45,487 nucleotides of DNA from a virus (IMGVR_UViG_3300027815_000001:1-45487); one strand, 5' to 3'; positions 33,912-44,556 are shown, numbered from the stretch's first letter. Made by a program: numbers and translations. Notes: a model not told the origin generated them from the sequence alone.

Positions 33912-34186
33912 ATATCTCTATCCTCTAAGGCAAAGCTGCAGTCTTAGCTGTTGCGGATAGCTTGCTGCTTGGTATGACCAGTGGTAGCACCGTCGCTGCA
34001 ACGGAGAGAGTCGGTTGAGGGAGACGCCACGTCTACTGAGCAACTGGGTCATGTAGACTAATACGTGCGTGTAGCGTCTCTGTTGCTGGGGTGCTTCTAG
34101 TGCTTCTTAGCGAGAGAAGCTAGGAACGGGGGTGCTGAGACGTTGGGGACGCCCTCTCCGTAGGTTCTCCCGTAGTATATATAGTG

Positions 34187-34280
34187 TCGTTACAAGGTTT
34201 TTTAGATAGGAGCCAGATACGAAAAGTGTTACATTTTAGGTGTCACGAATGGTGTTACAGGAATTACGTATTGTGTTACA
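34187..34280 (+). repeat. Array of GTGTTACA-like direct repeats
   Basis: Exact copies at 34226, 34252 and 34273; variants near 34187, 34240 and 34262. Confidence 0.55.
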
Positions 34281-34305
34281 GAGATTTAGGGTATAGGATA
34301 GGATT

Positions 34306-34614
34306 ATGGGAAGGACGAAGGAACAGAACAGGGTATACATGAGGGCGTATCGTGCGGAGAAGGCGGCGAGGCTGAGTCGTGCGGAGAAGGAAGCGAACAG
34401 GCAGTGGTGGGAGAGGTGGTTGGGGAGACAGCCGTGGGTAGCGGCGATAAAGGAAGGTTTGTGGTCGGATGAGGGGGAAGTGAAGGCGGCGAGGGCGGTG
34501 TATCGGAGGGAGTTGAGTGGGTTAGTGCCGCCGATGGAGGAAGAGATGAAGGCGTTGAGGGGGAAGAAGCTGAGGTGGTCAAAAGTGACGCATGAAAAGG
34601 CAGGAGGGCGATAA
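34306..34614 (+). CDS. Basic hypothetical protein
   Basis: AGGA RBS; Arg/Lys/Glu-rich helical sequence. Confidence 0.6.
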   Translation: MGRTKEQNRVYMRAYRAEKAARLSRAEKEANRQWWERWLGRQPWVAAIKEGLWSDEGEVKAARAVYRRELSGLVPPMEEEMKALRGKKLRWSKVTHEKAGGR

Positions 34615-34934
34615 TGATTCTGCATTTCTTTGACGCAAGGACAGAGGTCTCGGTGCGGGAGTGGGGCATGAAGGAAGTTTTGCCTATTCCGCGAGTTGGG
34701 GATCAGGTGTGTTTGGCTTATGGGGATAAGAAGGAAGGAGCCAGCGGGATGTGGGTAGTTGTGGACGTGACGTGGAATCATTGGAATAAGGATGATCCTA
34801 GAGACCTTGTTGTTGACATTGGGCTGAAGCCTTATGAGGAAGGTGATTGGGTTGGAACTGCGGATGAGCAGTTGAAGGCAGATGGGGTGTACGGACTTCG
34901 GGTTGGCAAGGTTTCCGAGCAAAGGGGCGGGTAA
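34614..34934 (+). CDS. Hypothetical protein
   Basis: TAATG coupling; PIPRVGDQV motif. Confidence 0.6.
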   Translation: MILHFFDARTEVSVREWGMKEVLPIPRVGDQVCLAYGDKKEGASGMWVVVDVTWNHWNKDDPRDLVVDIGLKPYEEGDWVGTADEQLKADGVYGLRVGKVSEQRGG

Positions 34935-34960
34935 AGGCATGGAAGCTAAGGAGTAGGTTT

Positions 34961-35242
34961 ATGGCTTATCCAATAATAGGCAGTATAACGGCTGTGTCCG
35001 TATTTCTTGTTGGCTTGTTTGTCTTTTACAAGATGTACCGTTATAAAGGTGAGGAAATTTCCCCAAATGTGGTTTTGGAGGAGGTTGACCTACGTGTAAT
35101 TTTAGAGGACATGATTCCATTAGTAGTGATTTCTCTTTTTAGTTTCATGGCGTGGCCTGTGATTCTTTTCTGTGGGATAGTTCTCATGGTGGCCTACGTC
35201 TTTAAGTGCATATTGGCCGTGAGGGTAAAGCATGGAAGCTAA
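34961..35242 (+). CDS. Membrane protein (2-3 TM helices)
   Basis: AAGGAG RBS; hydrophobic and AT-rich. Confidence 0.6.
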   Translation: MAYPIIGSITAVSVFLVGLFVFYKMYRYKGEEISPNVVLEEVDLRVILEDMIPLVVISLFSFMAWPVILFCGIVLMVAYVFKCILAVRVKHGS

Positions 35243-35738
35243 GGCGTTGGTGCTTATTGAGGAGTCGCTGAAGGTAAGGCGCGGCATGAAGGGGCGTGAA
35301 CTGGTGGAGGCGGCGTACCTGGACAGTGGGGAAGGCGTCAAAGAGGGCTGGCACTTGCTCAGGGAAGAAGAACGCGGAGTTGTTGCCCAGATGGTGCGCT
35401 ACGCGGGGGAACTTGGGAAAGTGGGAGAGGCTTTGAGATTAGAGCCTGAGTACATTCAAAAGATGATGGAAGTGAGGCCGTGGGTGAAGCGGGCCATAGA
35501 CTACTACATGGAGGTTGGGGTAGAGGCATTGAACAGGGCCGTAGTGCAGCAGCATGTGAGCGAGGGCTTGTTGGACACCGTGCCCGCTGTGCTCCGGGGG
35601 AAAGAGGTGGCAGCGGAGACGAAGCGGAAGACGGTGAGGGACATGATGGAGGCCGGGGGATACTACCCGAAGATGGGCGGGCCGATGGTGGCGAACCAGG
35701 TCAACGTGAAGGTTGAAGTCCCTGACTGGAAGAAGTAA
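35232..35738 (+). CDS. Putative terminase small subunit
   Basis: Helical protein with a C-terminal beta strand (QVNVKVEV), directly upstream of terL. Confidence 0.55.
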   Translation: MEAKALVLIEESLKVRRGMKGRELVEAAYLDSGEGVKEGWHLLREEERGVVAQMVRYAGELGKVGEALRLEPEYIQKMMEVRPWVKRAIDYYMEVGVEALNRAVVQQHVSEGLLDTVPAVLRGKEVAAETKRKTVRDMMEAGGYYPKMGGPMVANQVNVKVEVPDWKK

Positions 35739-35742
35739 GGCG

Positions 35743-37167
35743 ATGCAGCAGCGGATGCAGATAGCGCCTGAGTACAGACCGAGGGGGTGGGCGTTGCCCG
35801 TGCATAGGAGCAAGGCCAAGAGGAAGGTCTTGTGGGTGCATCGGCGTGGTGGGAAGGGATGGTTCGGCCATCACGAGGGGTTGGCGGCGTATGTGCAGAG
35901 GCTAAGTGAACCGCCGCCGAGCATGAAAGTGCCCAAGTTCCATGCGTGGACGGTAGTGCCGACGTTCCCACAGGCGCGGCAGGCGGAAACTGAACTAGAG
36001 CGGTTCATCCCCGATTGGGCAAAGCCTGAGCCAACGTGGAACGATACGAGCAGGGGGTATAACAGGGCCGACCATACGTTCAAGCTCGTGTACCCCAATG
36101 GGCACGGGTTTTGGGAAGTGAAGTCCGCGCATGATCCAGAGGGCTTGCAGACGGTGGGACTGGACTATTTGCACGTCCAGGAGTGCCAGGACATCACAGA
36201 GGCGGCATTCAACAAGCTGTTGCCCACGCTAAGAGACCCAGACCGTCTGGGTCTTTCTGTTTGGGAGGGGATACCGCCTGACGACCCAAGCCATTGGTTT
36301 GCCAGGATGATGACGGCGGCGGAAGCGGATAAGAACGGGAACAGCTTGGCGGTCAAGGTCAACTACGAGGATAACAAGGACTTGGCCCCTGATGTCCGGG
36401 TGTTGATAGAAGAAGACATGGGCGTGATGCTGGAGCGGGACTGGCGGCGGATGTACATGGTGGAACTCCCAGAAGGGACAGGCAGTTTTCTTGGGAACGT
36501 GGCCGGCTGCATAGGCGGGCAAGAGGTGAATGGGCCAGAAGAGGGGCATCGGTATGTCATGGGGGTAGACCTTGCAAAGAAGGTAGACTTCACTGTGCTG
36601 GTGGTTATGGACATGGCGAATAGGCAGGTCGTGTGGCAGCGTCGGTTCGGCGGCATGGACTGGAATGTACAGGAAGAGGCCATTATCACGGCGTCGGCGG
36701 ATTTCCACGTAAGGCGCATCATGCTGGACTCTACAGGCGTGGGCGACCCTATGTACGACAAGTTGCTGTTCAAGGGCCTCCCAGTAGAGCCTTTCCTGTT
36801 CACGAATGAAAGCAAGTACCGTCTGCTTACCGAGTTAGCTGTAGCGATTGAGAAGAGGACTGTACGTTATCCGAACATTCCTGTTATGCTACGGGAAATG
36901 CAATCGTTGCGGGCGGAGAAGTTGCCGAGTGGTCGGAGCCGAGTAGAAGCGCCCGATGGACAGCATGACGATTACCCGATGGCGTTGGCGTTGGCGCTCT
37001 CTGTGTGCGATCCGCCGCCTGAAATGATGATTGTGGGGCGATTGGGCAGCAGGAGCTACATTGAAGAGGCAGGGCAGCCAGCTAGATACGGCGGGGGCGC
37101 GTGGTTGGCACGGCAGCGAATGCTTGATAAGATACGGGCACGGCAGGACGCCTTAGAGGTAGCCTGA
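35743..37167 (+). CDS. terL: Terminase large subunit
   Basis: HRRGGKG Walker A-like, VPTFPQA, KSAHDPEGL, and nuclease motifs GVDLAKKVD, LDSTGVGD and HDD. Confidence 0.9.
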   Translation: MQQRMQIAPEYRPRGWALPVHRSKAKRKVLWVHRRGGKGWFGHHEGLAAYVQRLSEPPPSMKVPKFHAWTVVPTFPQARQAETELERFIPDWAKPEPTWNDTSRGYNRADHTFKLVYPNGHGFWEVKSAHDPEGLQTVGLDYLHVQECQDITEAAFNKLLPTLRDPDRLGLSVWEGIPPDDPSHWFARMMTAAEADKNGNSLAVKVNYEDNKDLAPDVRVLIEEDMGVMLERDWRRMYMVELPEGTGSFLGNVAGCIGGQEVNGPEEGHRYVMGVDLAKKVDFTVLVVMDMANRQVVWQRRFGGMDWNVQEEAIITASADFHVRRIMLDSTGVGDPMYDKLLFKGLPVEPFLFTNESKYRLLTELAVAIEKRTVRYPNIPVMLREMQSLRAEKLPSGRSRVEAPDGQHDDYPMALALALSVCDPPPEMMIVGRLGSRSYIEEAGQPARYGGGAWLARQRMLDKIRARQDALEVA

Positions 37168-39011
37168 TGACGCTTTCGGCTGATAGGAAAAGCGGCCTTT
37201 GGGTGGCAGGATACGATGAGGGTGCGCCCAAATTGGACGAGGTGCTTACCCTTTTTGACGACTACAAGCAATACTATCAGCAGTTCCATAAGCAATGTAC
37301 GGACGACGAGGCGTATTACTTCCGCACGTTCAATGTGGATACGGCTGCGGGATTCCAAGCCGTTATTCCTGCCACTGCGAAGGCCATTGTGGACGTGGCA
37401 ACCGACCACGTTGACGTAAATAACATCGCCATTGATGTGCCCCTTGCCTCCCCAAGAGCCGCTGCGAAGGCGGAACGCATCCAGAAGTTCCTCATTGGTG
37501 CTTGGGCGCAGACCAAAGACCCAGTGCTTCGGACAGCCGTTCGCCATGCTTTCATGTACGGCATTTCATGGCGCAAGCGCATGTTCGCCCCCGAACTCTG
37601 GCCCGACGCCCCCAAGTACGACGACTTCAACTCGGATGAGGCGTACAAGGATGCGCTGTCTACCTTCATGGACAAACGCAACCTTGCCTATCCGCTTGTT
37701 TCTAAGAACGTTAACCCTAAAAACTTGATATGGGACGACTCAAGAGCTGGACGCAAATGGGCCATTGAGTTTTACGAGCAGGACGCGAGGGACATACACA
37801 GGCGTTTCCCAGAGTGGTTGCCCAAATCCGACAACAGGATGGCAACGTGGGTGGAATACTGGGATGAAGAGTGGTGCATGTACCTGGCTGACCAGCAAAT
37901 CGTCTGGGGGCCATACCGCCACGGCTACGGGTTCCTTCCCTATGTTTCGTTGATTCCAAACAACGCACTGGACTTTGACGACGGCCCTCCTGAGAAACGG
38001 TATCAGGGGATCATCCACTCCATAACGAGTCTCATAGAGGCTGAGGCGCGGCTTATCAGCCAGTACGAGGCTATTATCCGGCAATCGGCATGGCGCACCC
38101 TGGACTTCTATGGGCCTCAGCAAGTGGCTGAGAAGGTCGCTAGCGAGTACAAAATCTTTGGCGGGCTGAACATCATTCCGCCTGGGGTTGAGGTCAAGCC
38201 GTCTCCGAGTATTGCCCCCCCGCAAGAGCTTCTACAGCATCTTGGGACAATCCAAAATCTTATAGAGCAAGCTACGTTCCCTAACGTCGTGCGCGGCTTG
38301 CGGCCTACCGGCGTGAGCACAGGCTTCGGCGTCTCCGTGCTTGCGGGCATGGGGCGGCTCGTGTTTCAGGGCATTGCCGATGGACTGGCAAGGAGCATTG
38401 AGGCGGAAAACAAGTGCATCTTGCAACTGGTAGAGAACAAGGTTCGTGGGCGGCTTACCGTTCATGCCAGGACGGACGTGCATACCTTTGACCAGTCCAT
38501 CGGCCCTGACGACATCAACGGGTACTATGAGTCCTCGGTCAAGATAAAGGCTGAGGCCCCAGAGGAACGGGAGCGAGAGGCTTTGTTGGCGTTGCGTCTA
38601 TGGAACGGCGGTCAGGGTATCATTGACCTCTACGAGGCCCAGCGCCGCTCCGGTGTGACGAATCCGCTGGAAATGCAGAACCGCCAGGCGGCGGAACGTA
38701 TCCTTGCCGATCCAAATATGCAGATGGCATTGGCGCAGCAGGCTATGGCTATGCTTGGCTTGCCGCAACAAATGGCTGACGTTGCCTCACAGTCAGGCAC
38801 AGGGCCTGACCAGGTTGGCAATATGAACATAGGGGGGGCGCAGTTGCAACGTCCTGGTGAGCGGAACGTTCAAGAGGCTCGTGTTGCCAGCAATCAGGGC
38901 CAGCCTAGCGTCTTCCCGCAAGGAATGGGCGGTATGGATGCTTTGGGTTCTCAACTTGCATTGCCAGGCGGCGGCGCAACGGGTATGCCGAATGGGAGGA
39001 CAGTACCATGA
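37167..39011 (+). CDS. Portal protein
   Basis: 614 aa directly after terL; HGYGFLPYV pattern and a low-complexity Q/G/M tail. Confidence 0.8.
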   Translation: MTLSADRKSGLWVAGYDEGAPKLDEVLTLFDDYKQYYQQFHKQCTDDEAYYFRTFNVDTAAGFQAVIPATAKAIVDVATDHVDVNNIAIDVPLASPRAAAKAERIQKFLIGAWAQTKDPVLRTAVRHAFMYGISWRKRMFAPELWPDAPKYDDFNSDEAYKDALSTFMDKRNLAYPLVSKNVNPKNLIWDDSRAGRKWAIEFYEQDARDIHRRFPEWLPKSDNRMATWVEYWDEEWCMYLADQQIVWGPYRHGYGFLPYVSLIPNNALDFDDGPPEKRYQGIIHSITSLIEAEARLISQYEAIIRQSAWRTLDFYGPQQVAEKVASEYKIFGGLNIIPPGVEVKPSPSIAPPQELLQHLGTIQNLIEQATFPNVVRGLRPTGVSTGFGVSVLAGMGRLVFQGIADGLARSIEAENKCILQLVENKVRGRLTVHARTDVHTFDQSIGPDDINGYYESSVKIKAEAPEEREREALLALRLWNGGQGIIDLYEAQRRSGVTNPLEMQNRQAAERILADPNMQMALAQQAMAMLGLPQQMADVASQSGTGPDQVGNMNIGGAQLQRPGERNVQEARVASNQGQPSVFPQGMGGMDALGSQLALPGGGATGMPNGRTVP

Positions 39012-39193
39012 ATAAGCCACGTGATCCCGTAAGAGAGCCTGTGAATCTCGCTGTGCAAATGTTCCAGGCAAAGCTAGAGCATTTCCGCCAGCAGGTTATT
39101 GTGCCTCAGCAGCCCCAGAGGATTGCACGGCTTGGCGAAATGCCAGCCGAGCCTATTGTCCAGCAAGTAGCAGACTTGTTGGCAAAGGAGTAG
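39008..39193 (+). CDS. Hypothetical protein
   Basis: GGAGG RBS; ATGA overlap. Confidence 0.55.
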   Translation: MNKPRDPVREPVNLAVQMFQAKLEHFRQQVIVPQQPQRIARLGEMPAEPIVQQVADLLAKE

Positions 39194-39196
39194 CTC

Positions 39197-40576
39197 ATGC
39201 CTGCGATTACAGACCGTGGTGTTCCTGTAACAAAGACTCCTTCTCCTGATGAAACGCAAGATCCATTTGATGAAACGGGGTTGCCTGTCATCGGAATGCC
39301 TGTGAAGCAACTGGTGCAATGGCAAGCACAGAATCCAATGGCGGGGACTGACCAACCAACGGCCTACGCGGGAACAGACCCGCTTTCTCAGTTCCTGTTT
39401 AGGGGACATCCGTTCTCTCTTCCTACATTCATAGGCCCTGGAGGGACAGCAGGAGCTACGCCAGCCCCCTTCAAACCGACTGGTATGCAATACGCTACAA
39501 TCGGGCAAGGAGGCGTTGGTACGGGTGGAGCTGGTGGTATGGGCGGCGTGCCCACTGGATGGGATACTGCCCTGCAAAATGCTGTAGCAGGAAACACACT
39601 GAATCAGCCGGCGCCCACAGGCGGGACTCCTCCCGGTGGGACGACGCCCACTGGTGGCGGCACGGGCGGGACTACGCCCACGGGTACACCCTCTGGTGGG
39701 ACGACACAGCAACAGCAAGGCGGAGGGCAGGGGGTTACGCCACAAGATGTGCAGCAGGTCTACAATGCTGCGCCGCCGCCAGGTATAAACGACATCCCCG
39801 AAAGTTCCTTTGCAAGCCTTATTGCCGAAGCAATGAAAGGCTCTAAGGGGACATTCAATCTGTCCGCTCTTGCCCCTTATGTGATGCAGGGGCATTTTGA
39901 GTTCCTGAAAGACCCTACCACGGGCGCAGTCGTTTATGAGAAAGACCAGTTCGGCAATGACACGTCTACCCCAAAGTACATCTGGCAAGGGGGCGGGCCT
40001 ACTGCGCGGGCTAAGTTCTTGCAGGACATCTACCAGAATGCCCTGGACATAGAGCGGGAGGACATGATTCGCGGGGAACAGGCAAAGGCCCAGGGCGAAC
40101 AGCAAAAACAGCAATTCGTTACGCAGATGCTGCAAGCTGCACTGCAAAATCCATCGGCCTTTGCCGCCCTGAACTACCTGAAACAAGGCCAGCTTAGCCC
40201 GCTGCTTGGCGGGTTGCCTGGTATCGGGATGCAGTTGCCAGGAGCGCCGGGGGGACAGAACCTCTTTCCCGGCGGCATCCCAACGCTTGGGCAACTGAAC
40301 AGTGCTGGGCCAGAAGGCCAGGGCTTCCTTACGTCGCTTCTCAACTACAGCGGTATGCCAACCTCTGAGATCGCACGGACGGCAGGTTCGGTGACGCCTG
40401 GGGCCTTTGGTGGGATAAACCGCCCGTTTGCAGGCGGAACGGAACGGGCCGTCTCGCCGTTCATGCTCCCAGACGCGCCGCTTCAAGGCTTTGGTAGCAT
40501 GGACGATACCCAAAAGCTAGGGACAATGCCTGAACTCCCGCCGTGGATGGGCCAGTATTGGGGCCTTACCGAGTAG
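39197..40576 (+). CDS. Putative internal virion/ejection protein (G/P/Q/T-rich)
   Basis: Low complexity, GGTTPTG repeats, located between portal and the large internal protein. Confidence 0.55.
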   Translation: MPAITDRGVPVTKTPSPDETQDPFDETGLPVIGMPVKQLVQWQAQNPMAGTDQPTAYAGTDPLSQFLFRGHPFSLPTFIGPGGTAGATPAPFKPTGMQYATIGQGGVGTGGAGGMGGVPTGWDTALQNAVAGNTLNQPAPTGGTPPGGTTPTGGGTGGTTPTGTPSGGTTQQQQGGGQGVTPQDVQQVYNAAPPPGINDIPESSFASLIAEAMKGSKGTFNLSALAPYVMQGHFEFLKDPTTGAVVYEKDQFGNDTSTPKYIWQGGGPTARAKFLQDIYQNALDIEREDMIRGEQAKAQGEQQKQQFVTQMLQAALQNPSAFAALNYLKQGQLSPLLGGLPGIGMQLPGAPGGQNLFPGGIPTLGQLNSAGPEGQGFLTSLLNYSGMPTSEIARTAGSVTPGAFGGINRPFAGGTERAVSPFMLPDAPLQGFGSMDDTQKLGTMPELPPWMGQYWGLTE

Positions 40577-40579
40577 TAG

Positions 40580-43500
40580 ATGATGCAGCAGCCACAGCCG
40601 ACGTATGCTGACCTGCTTCTTGCCCGTCTTGAAGCCAAGAGACAAGCAAGGCGGCAAGGTGTGCCTTCCGACGAACCCACGATGCTGCAAGGGCCTATGC
40701 TTTCCAGCCCAACGAGTGCGCTCTTTCAGCAAACCGCTGGGGCTATCGCTAGCCCGCCTACCCCTTTCAGCCACAACTTGAATCCCCAGACATTCCCTGC
40801 CCCGCAACCCTCTCTGGGTGAACGCATCATGCAGCGTATCGGGGCGGCCACAAAGCCCGTAATGGACTTGCCGCTCACAAAGAAAGGGCCTCTTGGCGGG
40901 GAAGATGTGACGTTAGGGCAGGGGCTTGGGGCACTCGGCGAACTCACGACGCAAGCAGGGCGTCAGGTCGCGGGCAGGATGCTTACAACGCCCAGCCTCC
41001 CCTCGGAGCGAGACATCGGGCAGCGAATCCTTGCCAACAAAGCCCCTAGCCCAATTCAGGGCATAGCTGAAAACGTTGGCAGTCTTGCCCTCCCTGGTAT
41101 TGGCATAGGGAAAGGGTTGAAAGCATCCCCAGTTGCTACGAAAGCCGCGCCCGCTGTTACAAAGCAAGTGGCAACGCATCTTCCTGCAAACGCGCCTGCT
41201 GGTATAGCAAGGGCCGCTACTGTAGCTACTGAGAAGGTGGCGCAGGACAAGCCAGGGGCTATCTCCAATTTCTTTGACCACATCCCTGTCGTCAAACAGG
41301 CCCGCCGTGTGCTTCGCCCAGGGCTTGACATGCCCGACAGCGTTCTTGTTGCCAACGTTGCGGAGGGCGACGTTGCGGCTGTGCTCCGCCAGCAGAACTA
41401 TGCGACTGAACAGCAGACTCTGCAAATGTTGGAGCAAGCTTTTGGCAAAGGCTCCACGGCAGAAGGTGGCATAGCCAATGCTAAGTTCATTGGGCAGCAG
41501 ACTGACCTTGCCCCGTGGTCTGGGACTATCAAGGACATTGCGGACAGGCCACATCTTTACGACCTTTCAGTTGAACAGCGCGGGCTGTTGCCCTATCTTG
41601 ACGACTTGTTTGGCGATGCTCTTACTGCAACCAACGCTGAATACGCAACAGAGATCAACAGGTTCTCGGTAGCCAACCCCGGTGGTTGGTTCCTGCCCAA
41701 CGTAGACCAGTCCGACGCCGCGCTGGAAATCTTTGGCGGAGACCTTGTGGCGGCGGCGAAGTCAGGCGGTGCGGCAACCCGCGTATTCGGCACGGCCTTT
41801 GATCGTTGGAAGGCTAACTCTGCCTTCAAGCCCGTCACGAATATCAGCCTTTTGCTCATGCGCATGGGCGAGACGCGGGTGACTCATGCGATGCGCAATA
41901 CATTCAGAGAGGTTTCCGGGGGCAAGACACGCATTCAGGTCATGGATGAACTTCACCCCAACCTTGTTGAGGCAAAGGCCGCACTCACCAAGCAGATTGC
42001 CAGCACAAGGACGCAGATAGAAACAGCTACCCGTCTAGGGGCGACGTTGAAAGGCGCGACCCGTAGCGAACTATCGGCGGCAAAGGCGGCTATGAAGCGG
42101 GCAGAGCCGTTGCTTGACAGGGTTGCAGCACTTGACCCTGAATACGGGCCTGAGCTTTCCTATCTCTCTGGGCAAATCAGGGAGCTACAACGCGCTGCCA
42201 CGATGCTCACCAAAGAGGGGATGGAGCTTTATGACAAGGCCGTTACACAAGGAACCAAGCGCCAGGCTCTTCTGAGCCAACTGAATGCGCTTGCGCCTAA
42301 ACTGGATTCCATTCGTCGTTCCTATGAGGCGGCGGATTTGCGGCCCTACGTGCTTGTTCAGGATGGAATCTTCCGCTACTACCCTGTCGCAGAGGCACGG
42401 GCCATTCAGGACGTGCGGAAGATATCCAATAACGCCGCTGTCAAGTTCGCTCAGAATGTGACGGCGACAAAGCTGAGTGGCGACCTCTCGCCATTGGTAG
42501 GCGTCCAGACGCCAACGGGTTTCCTGATTGACCCAGTTGGCGTGGTGAAGACGTGGATAAAGCAGAATCCATTGGCTCATCTCTCGCCGCAAAAGTTCAG
42601 CGAACTCGTTGCGCAAGACCCTAAAAGCTGGCAAGAGTACGCCTTCTATTCGGGGAAGGCCGTGACTATCGGGGGGACGCCGCAAGAGTTTGCCGGCGGG
42701 TTCCTGAGCATGATTCCTAAAGTTGGGCCGAAATACAAACAAATCAATGACGCCTTGTTCTTGATGGTGGAGATACAAAGCAAGGGCCTCTGGGATCAGT
42801 ATGCCGCCCAGAACCTGAAGGCTGGGATGGGCGATGTTGCCGCAAAGGTCGCCGCCGCCGACATGGTGGGGAAAGTCTATCCCTCTTTTGCGCCGCGCCG
42901 GATGGGGCTTTCTCCTGCGAGTTCTGGATTGCTTCGGGCTGCAACCACCTCAATTTCCTTTGCCACAAAGCCTGCTGAGTTGATGCTGGACGGGGCGCGT
43001 GGCATGGTAAAGCTCGGTTCATTCCAGCGGCTTACAGCGAGAGAGCGTACTGGGGCACAGCTTATGGCGATTCTGGCTGCATCTACAGCCTTTGCCTCCG
43101 TGAGTTCAGCGGCGCTGACGGCCTACTTCAGGGGCACAGACATTGATGAAGCTATCGCGCAGGCGCTGAATCCAAGCAGCCGTCACTTCATGGCGGTCAC
43201 GTTTGCTGATAAGACCGTCCCGATTGGCGGGCCATTCCGAAGTTTCTTGAAGATGGTCTGGCCGCGTGAGGTGGAAGGTTCCCCTGTGCCCATACCCTTC
43301 TGGGGAGTGGCGCAATGGTTGAAATCCAGGGGACAACCCATTGGTGTGGCCGCAATTGACCTGGTACGGAATAAGGATTTCTACGGCAACAAGATTTACG
43401 GCTCCACATTCCCGTGGAACATTGCTGCTATGCTGGAATATGGGGCTGAGAGCGTTCTGCCAATCAGCATTGGGCAAGTCGCCAGTGGTGTGCGTACAGG

Positions 43501-44485
43501 ACAGGAGATTGGTGATACAGGGGAACAGGCGATTGGTGGTTTTGCAGGCATAAACATTCAGGAAAACACAGCGTATCAGGAACGTGACCTTGCCGTGCAG
43601 CGCTGGGCCGTGAGTAGTGGGTTGAGTGCTACATCTTGGGCTGACCTGTCGCCTTCTGAGCAACGGGCCTTTGCAACGGTCAACCCGCAGATAGCAGCGG
43701 ACTTGCGCCGCTACCAAGAGCAGCAGGCCAAGAATGGCGTAGACTGGGCCGTGCGGCAGAAGCAGCGCAACGAGGCAGAGGACAACCGCCTCAAAGCCGA
43801 GACTGCCCTTGAAGAAGAGTTCAAGACCAGGACGATTAGCGCGGAGGCATTCAGGGATCAGTACCAAAACATTCAAGCGGAAGCCGTGATCCGTAAGCAG
43901 CAGGTAGATAAGGACTACGACCTGTTCAAGCAGACAGGGGAGCGGCCCGCCGATCCCAACAAGGCTGCACTGTTTGACTACTACCGTGCCTACGATGAAG
44001 CCAAGACAGTCTCAGGCCGCTTGGATTGGGAAGCACTGGATACTAAATTGGCTGCGTTGCAGGCGACATGGACGCTGGGCCAGCAGAAGTACGTGGACGA
44101 TAACACGTCGCTTGCAGGCCATCCGCCTCTTATCAAGGAGTGGAAGGATGGCAAGGACAGGTTCAGGAATTACTGGAACGCGGGTTCTTTGATTTTGCAG
44201 GGCATGGGCCAGCCAGAGTTGGAGTCTATCTACAACCAGTACAAATCGGCTGATGCTAGGACGCAGTACGCAATAGATAAGGCGAATAAGGGTCTGTTTG
44301 CCCAGGTGCAACGGGCGGAGACGGCGGCAAGGACATTGGCCCGTCGTAAGAACCCACAGCTTGACGCCTTTCTTATTCGCTTTGGCTATGCAAGCAGCCC
44401 AGGGAACGCTGCCAGTGTGAAGCGTATGGCTGCAATTCAGAACCTGAACATGCCCTTGCAAGAGGTAATGGCAACTACTGGTTGA
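40580..44485 (+). CDS. Large putative internal virion/DNA-ejection protein (1301 aa)
   Basis: Ala-rich helical, with hydrophobic stretch and NKDFYGNKI-type motif seen in podoviral ejection proteins. Confidence 0.6.
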   Translation: MMQQPQPTYADLLLARLEAKRQARRQGVPSDEPTMLQGPMLSSPTSALFQQTAGAIASPPTPFSHNLNPQTFPAPQPSLGERIMQRIGAATKPVMDLPLTKKGPLGGEDVTLGQGLGALGELTTQAGRQVAGRMLTTPSLPSERDIGQRILANKAPSPIQGIAENVGSLALPGIGIGKGLKASPVATKAAPAVTKQVATHLPANAPAGIARAATVATEKVAQDKPGAISNFFDHIPVVKQARRVLRPGLDMPDSVLVANVAEGDVAAVLRQQNYATEQQTLQMLEQAFGKGSTAEGGIANAKFIGQQTDLAPWSGTIKDIADRPHLYDLSVEQRGLLPYLDDLFGDALTATNAEYATEINRFSVANPGGWFLPNVDQSDAALEIFGGDLVAAAKSGGAATRVFGTAFDRWKANSAFKPVTNISLLLMRMGETRVTHAMRNTFREVSGGKTRIQVMDELHPNLVEAKAALTKQIASTRTQIETATRLGATLKGATRSELSAAKAAMKRAEPLLDRVAALDPEYGPELSYLSGQIRELQRAATMLTKEGMELYDKAVTQGTKRQALLSQLNALAPKLDSIRRSYEAADLRPYVLVQDGIFRYYPVAEARAIQDVRKISNNAAVKFAQNVTATKLSGDLSPLVGVQTPTGFLIDPVGVVKTWIKQNPLAHLSPQKFSELVAQDPKSWQEYAFYSGKAVTIGGTPQEFAGGFLSMIPKVGPKYKQINDALFLMVEIQSKGLWDQYAAQNLKAGMGDVAAKVAAADMVGKVYPSFAPRRMGLSPASSGLLRAATTSISFATKPAELMLDGARGMVKLGSFQRLTARERTGAQLMAILAASTAFASVSSAALTAYFRGTDIDEAIAQALNPSSRHFMAVTFADKTVPIGGPFRSFLKMVWPREVEGSPVPIPFWGVAQWLKSRGQPIGVAAIDLVRNKDFYGNKIYGSTFPWNIAAMLEYGAESVLPISIGQVASGVRTGQEIGDTGEQAIGGFAGINIQENTAYQERDLAVQRWAVSSGLSATSWADLSPSEQRAFATVNPQIAADLRRYQEQQAKNGVDWAVRQKQRNEAEDNRLKAETALEEEFKTRTISAEAFRDQYQNIQAEAVIRKQQVDKDYDLFKQTGERPADPNKAALFDYYRAYDEAKTVSGRLDWEALDTKLAALQATWTLGQQKYVDDNTSLAGHPPLIKEWKDGKDRFRNYWNAGSLILQGMGQPELESIYNQYKSADARTQYAIDKANKGLFAQVQRAETAARTLARRKNPQLDAFLIRFGYASSPGNAASVKRMAAIQNLNMPLQEVMATTG

Positions 44486-44510
44486 CACCGGAGGGGTTGA
44501 TAACTATTCT
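44482..44510 (+). promoter_or_regulatory. Promoter TTGACA-17-TATTCT for scaffold and capsid genes
   Basis: Consensus -35 with correct spacing; overlapped by an inverted repeat GTTGATA...TATCAAC. Confidence 0.65.
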
Positions 44511-44556
44511 TTATACGAATCGTATCAACATACTTCATCCGAAAGGATAGGAAGCA

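Noticed and set aside
39600-39720. GGTTPTG-coding repeats as a DNA repeat element
   Set aside because: Explained by a low-complexity protein linker.
39074-40513. 479-aa minus-strand ORF and other long antisense ORFs (e.g. 34236-34940, 43106-43876, 44437-45171)
   Set aside because: They shadow well-supported plus-strand genes in GC-rich or skewed sequence and have no RBS or motifs.
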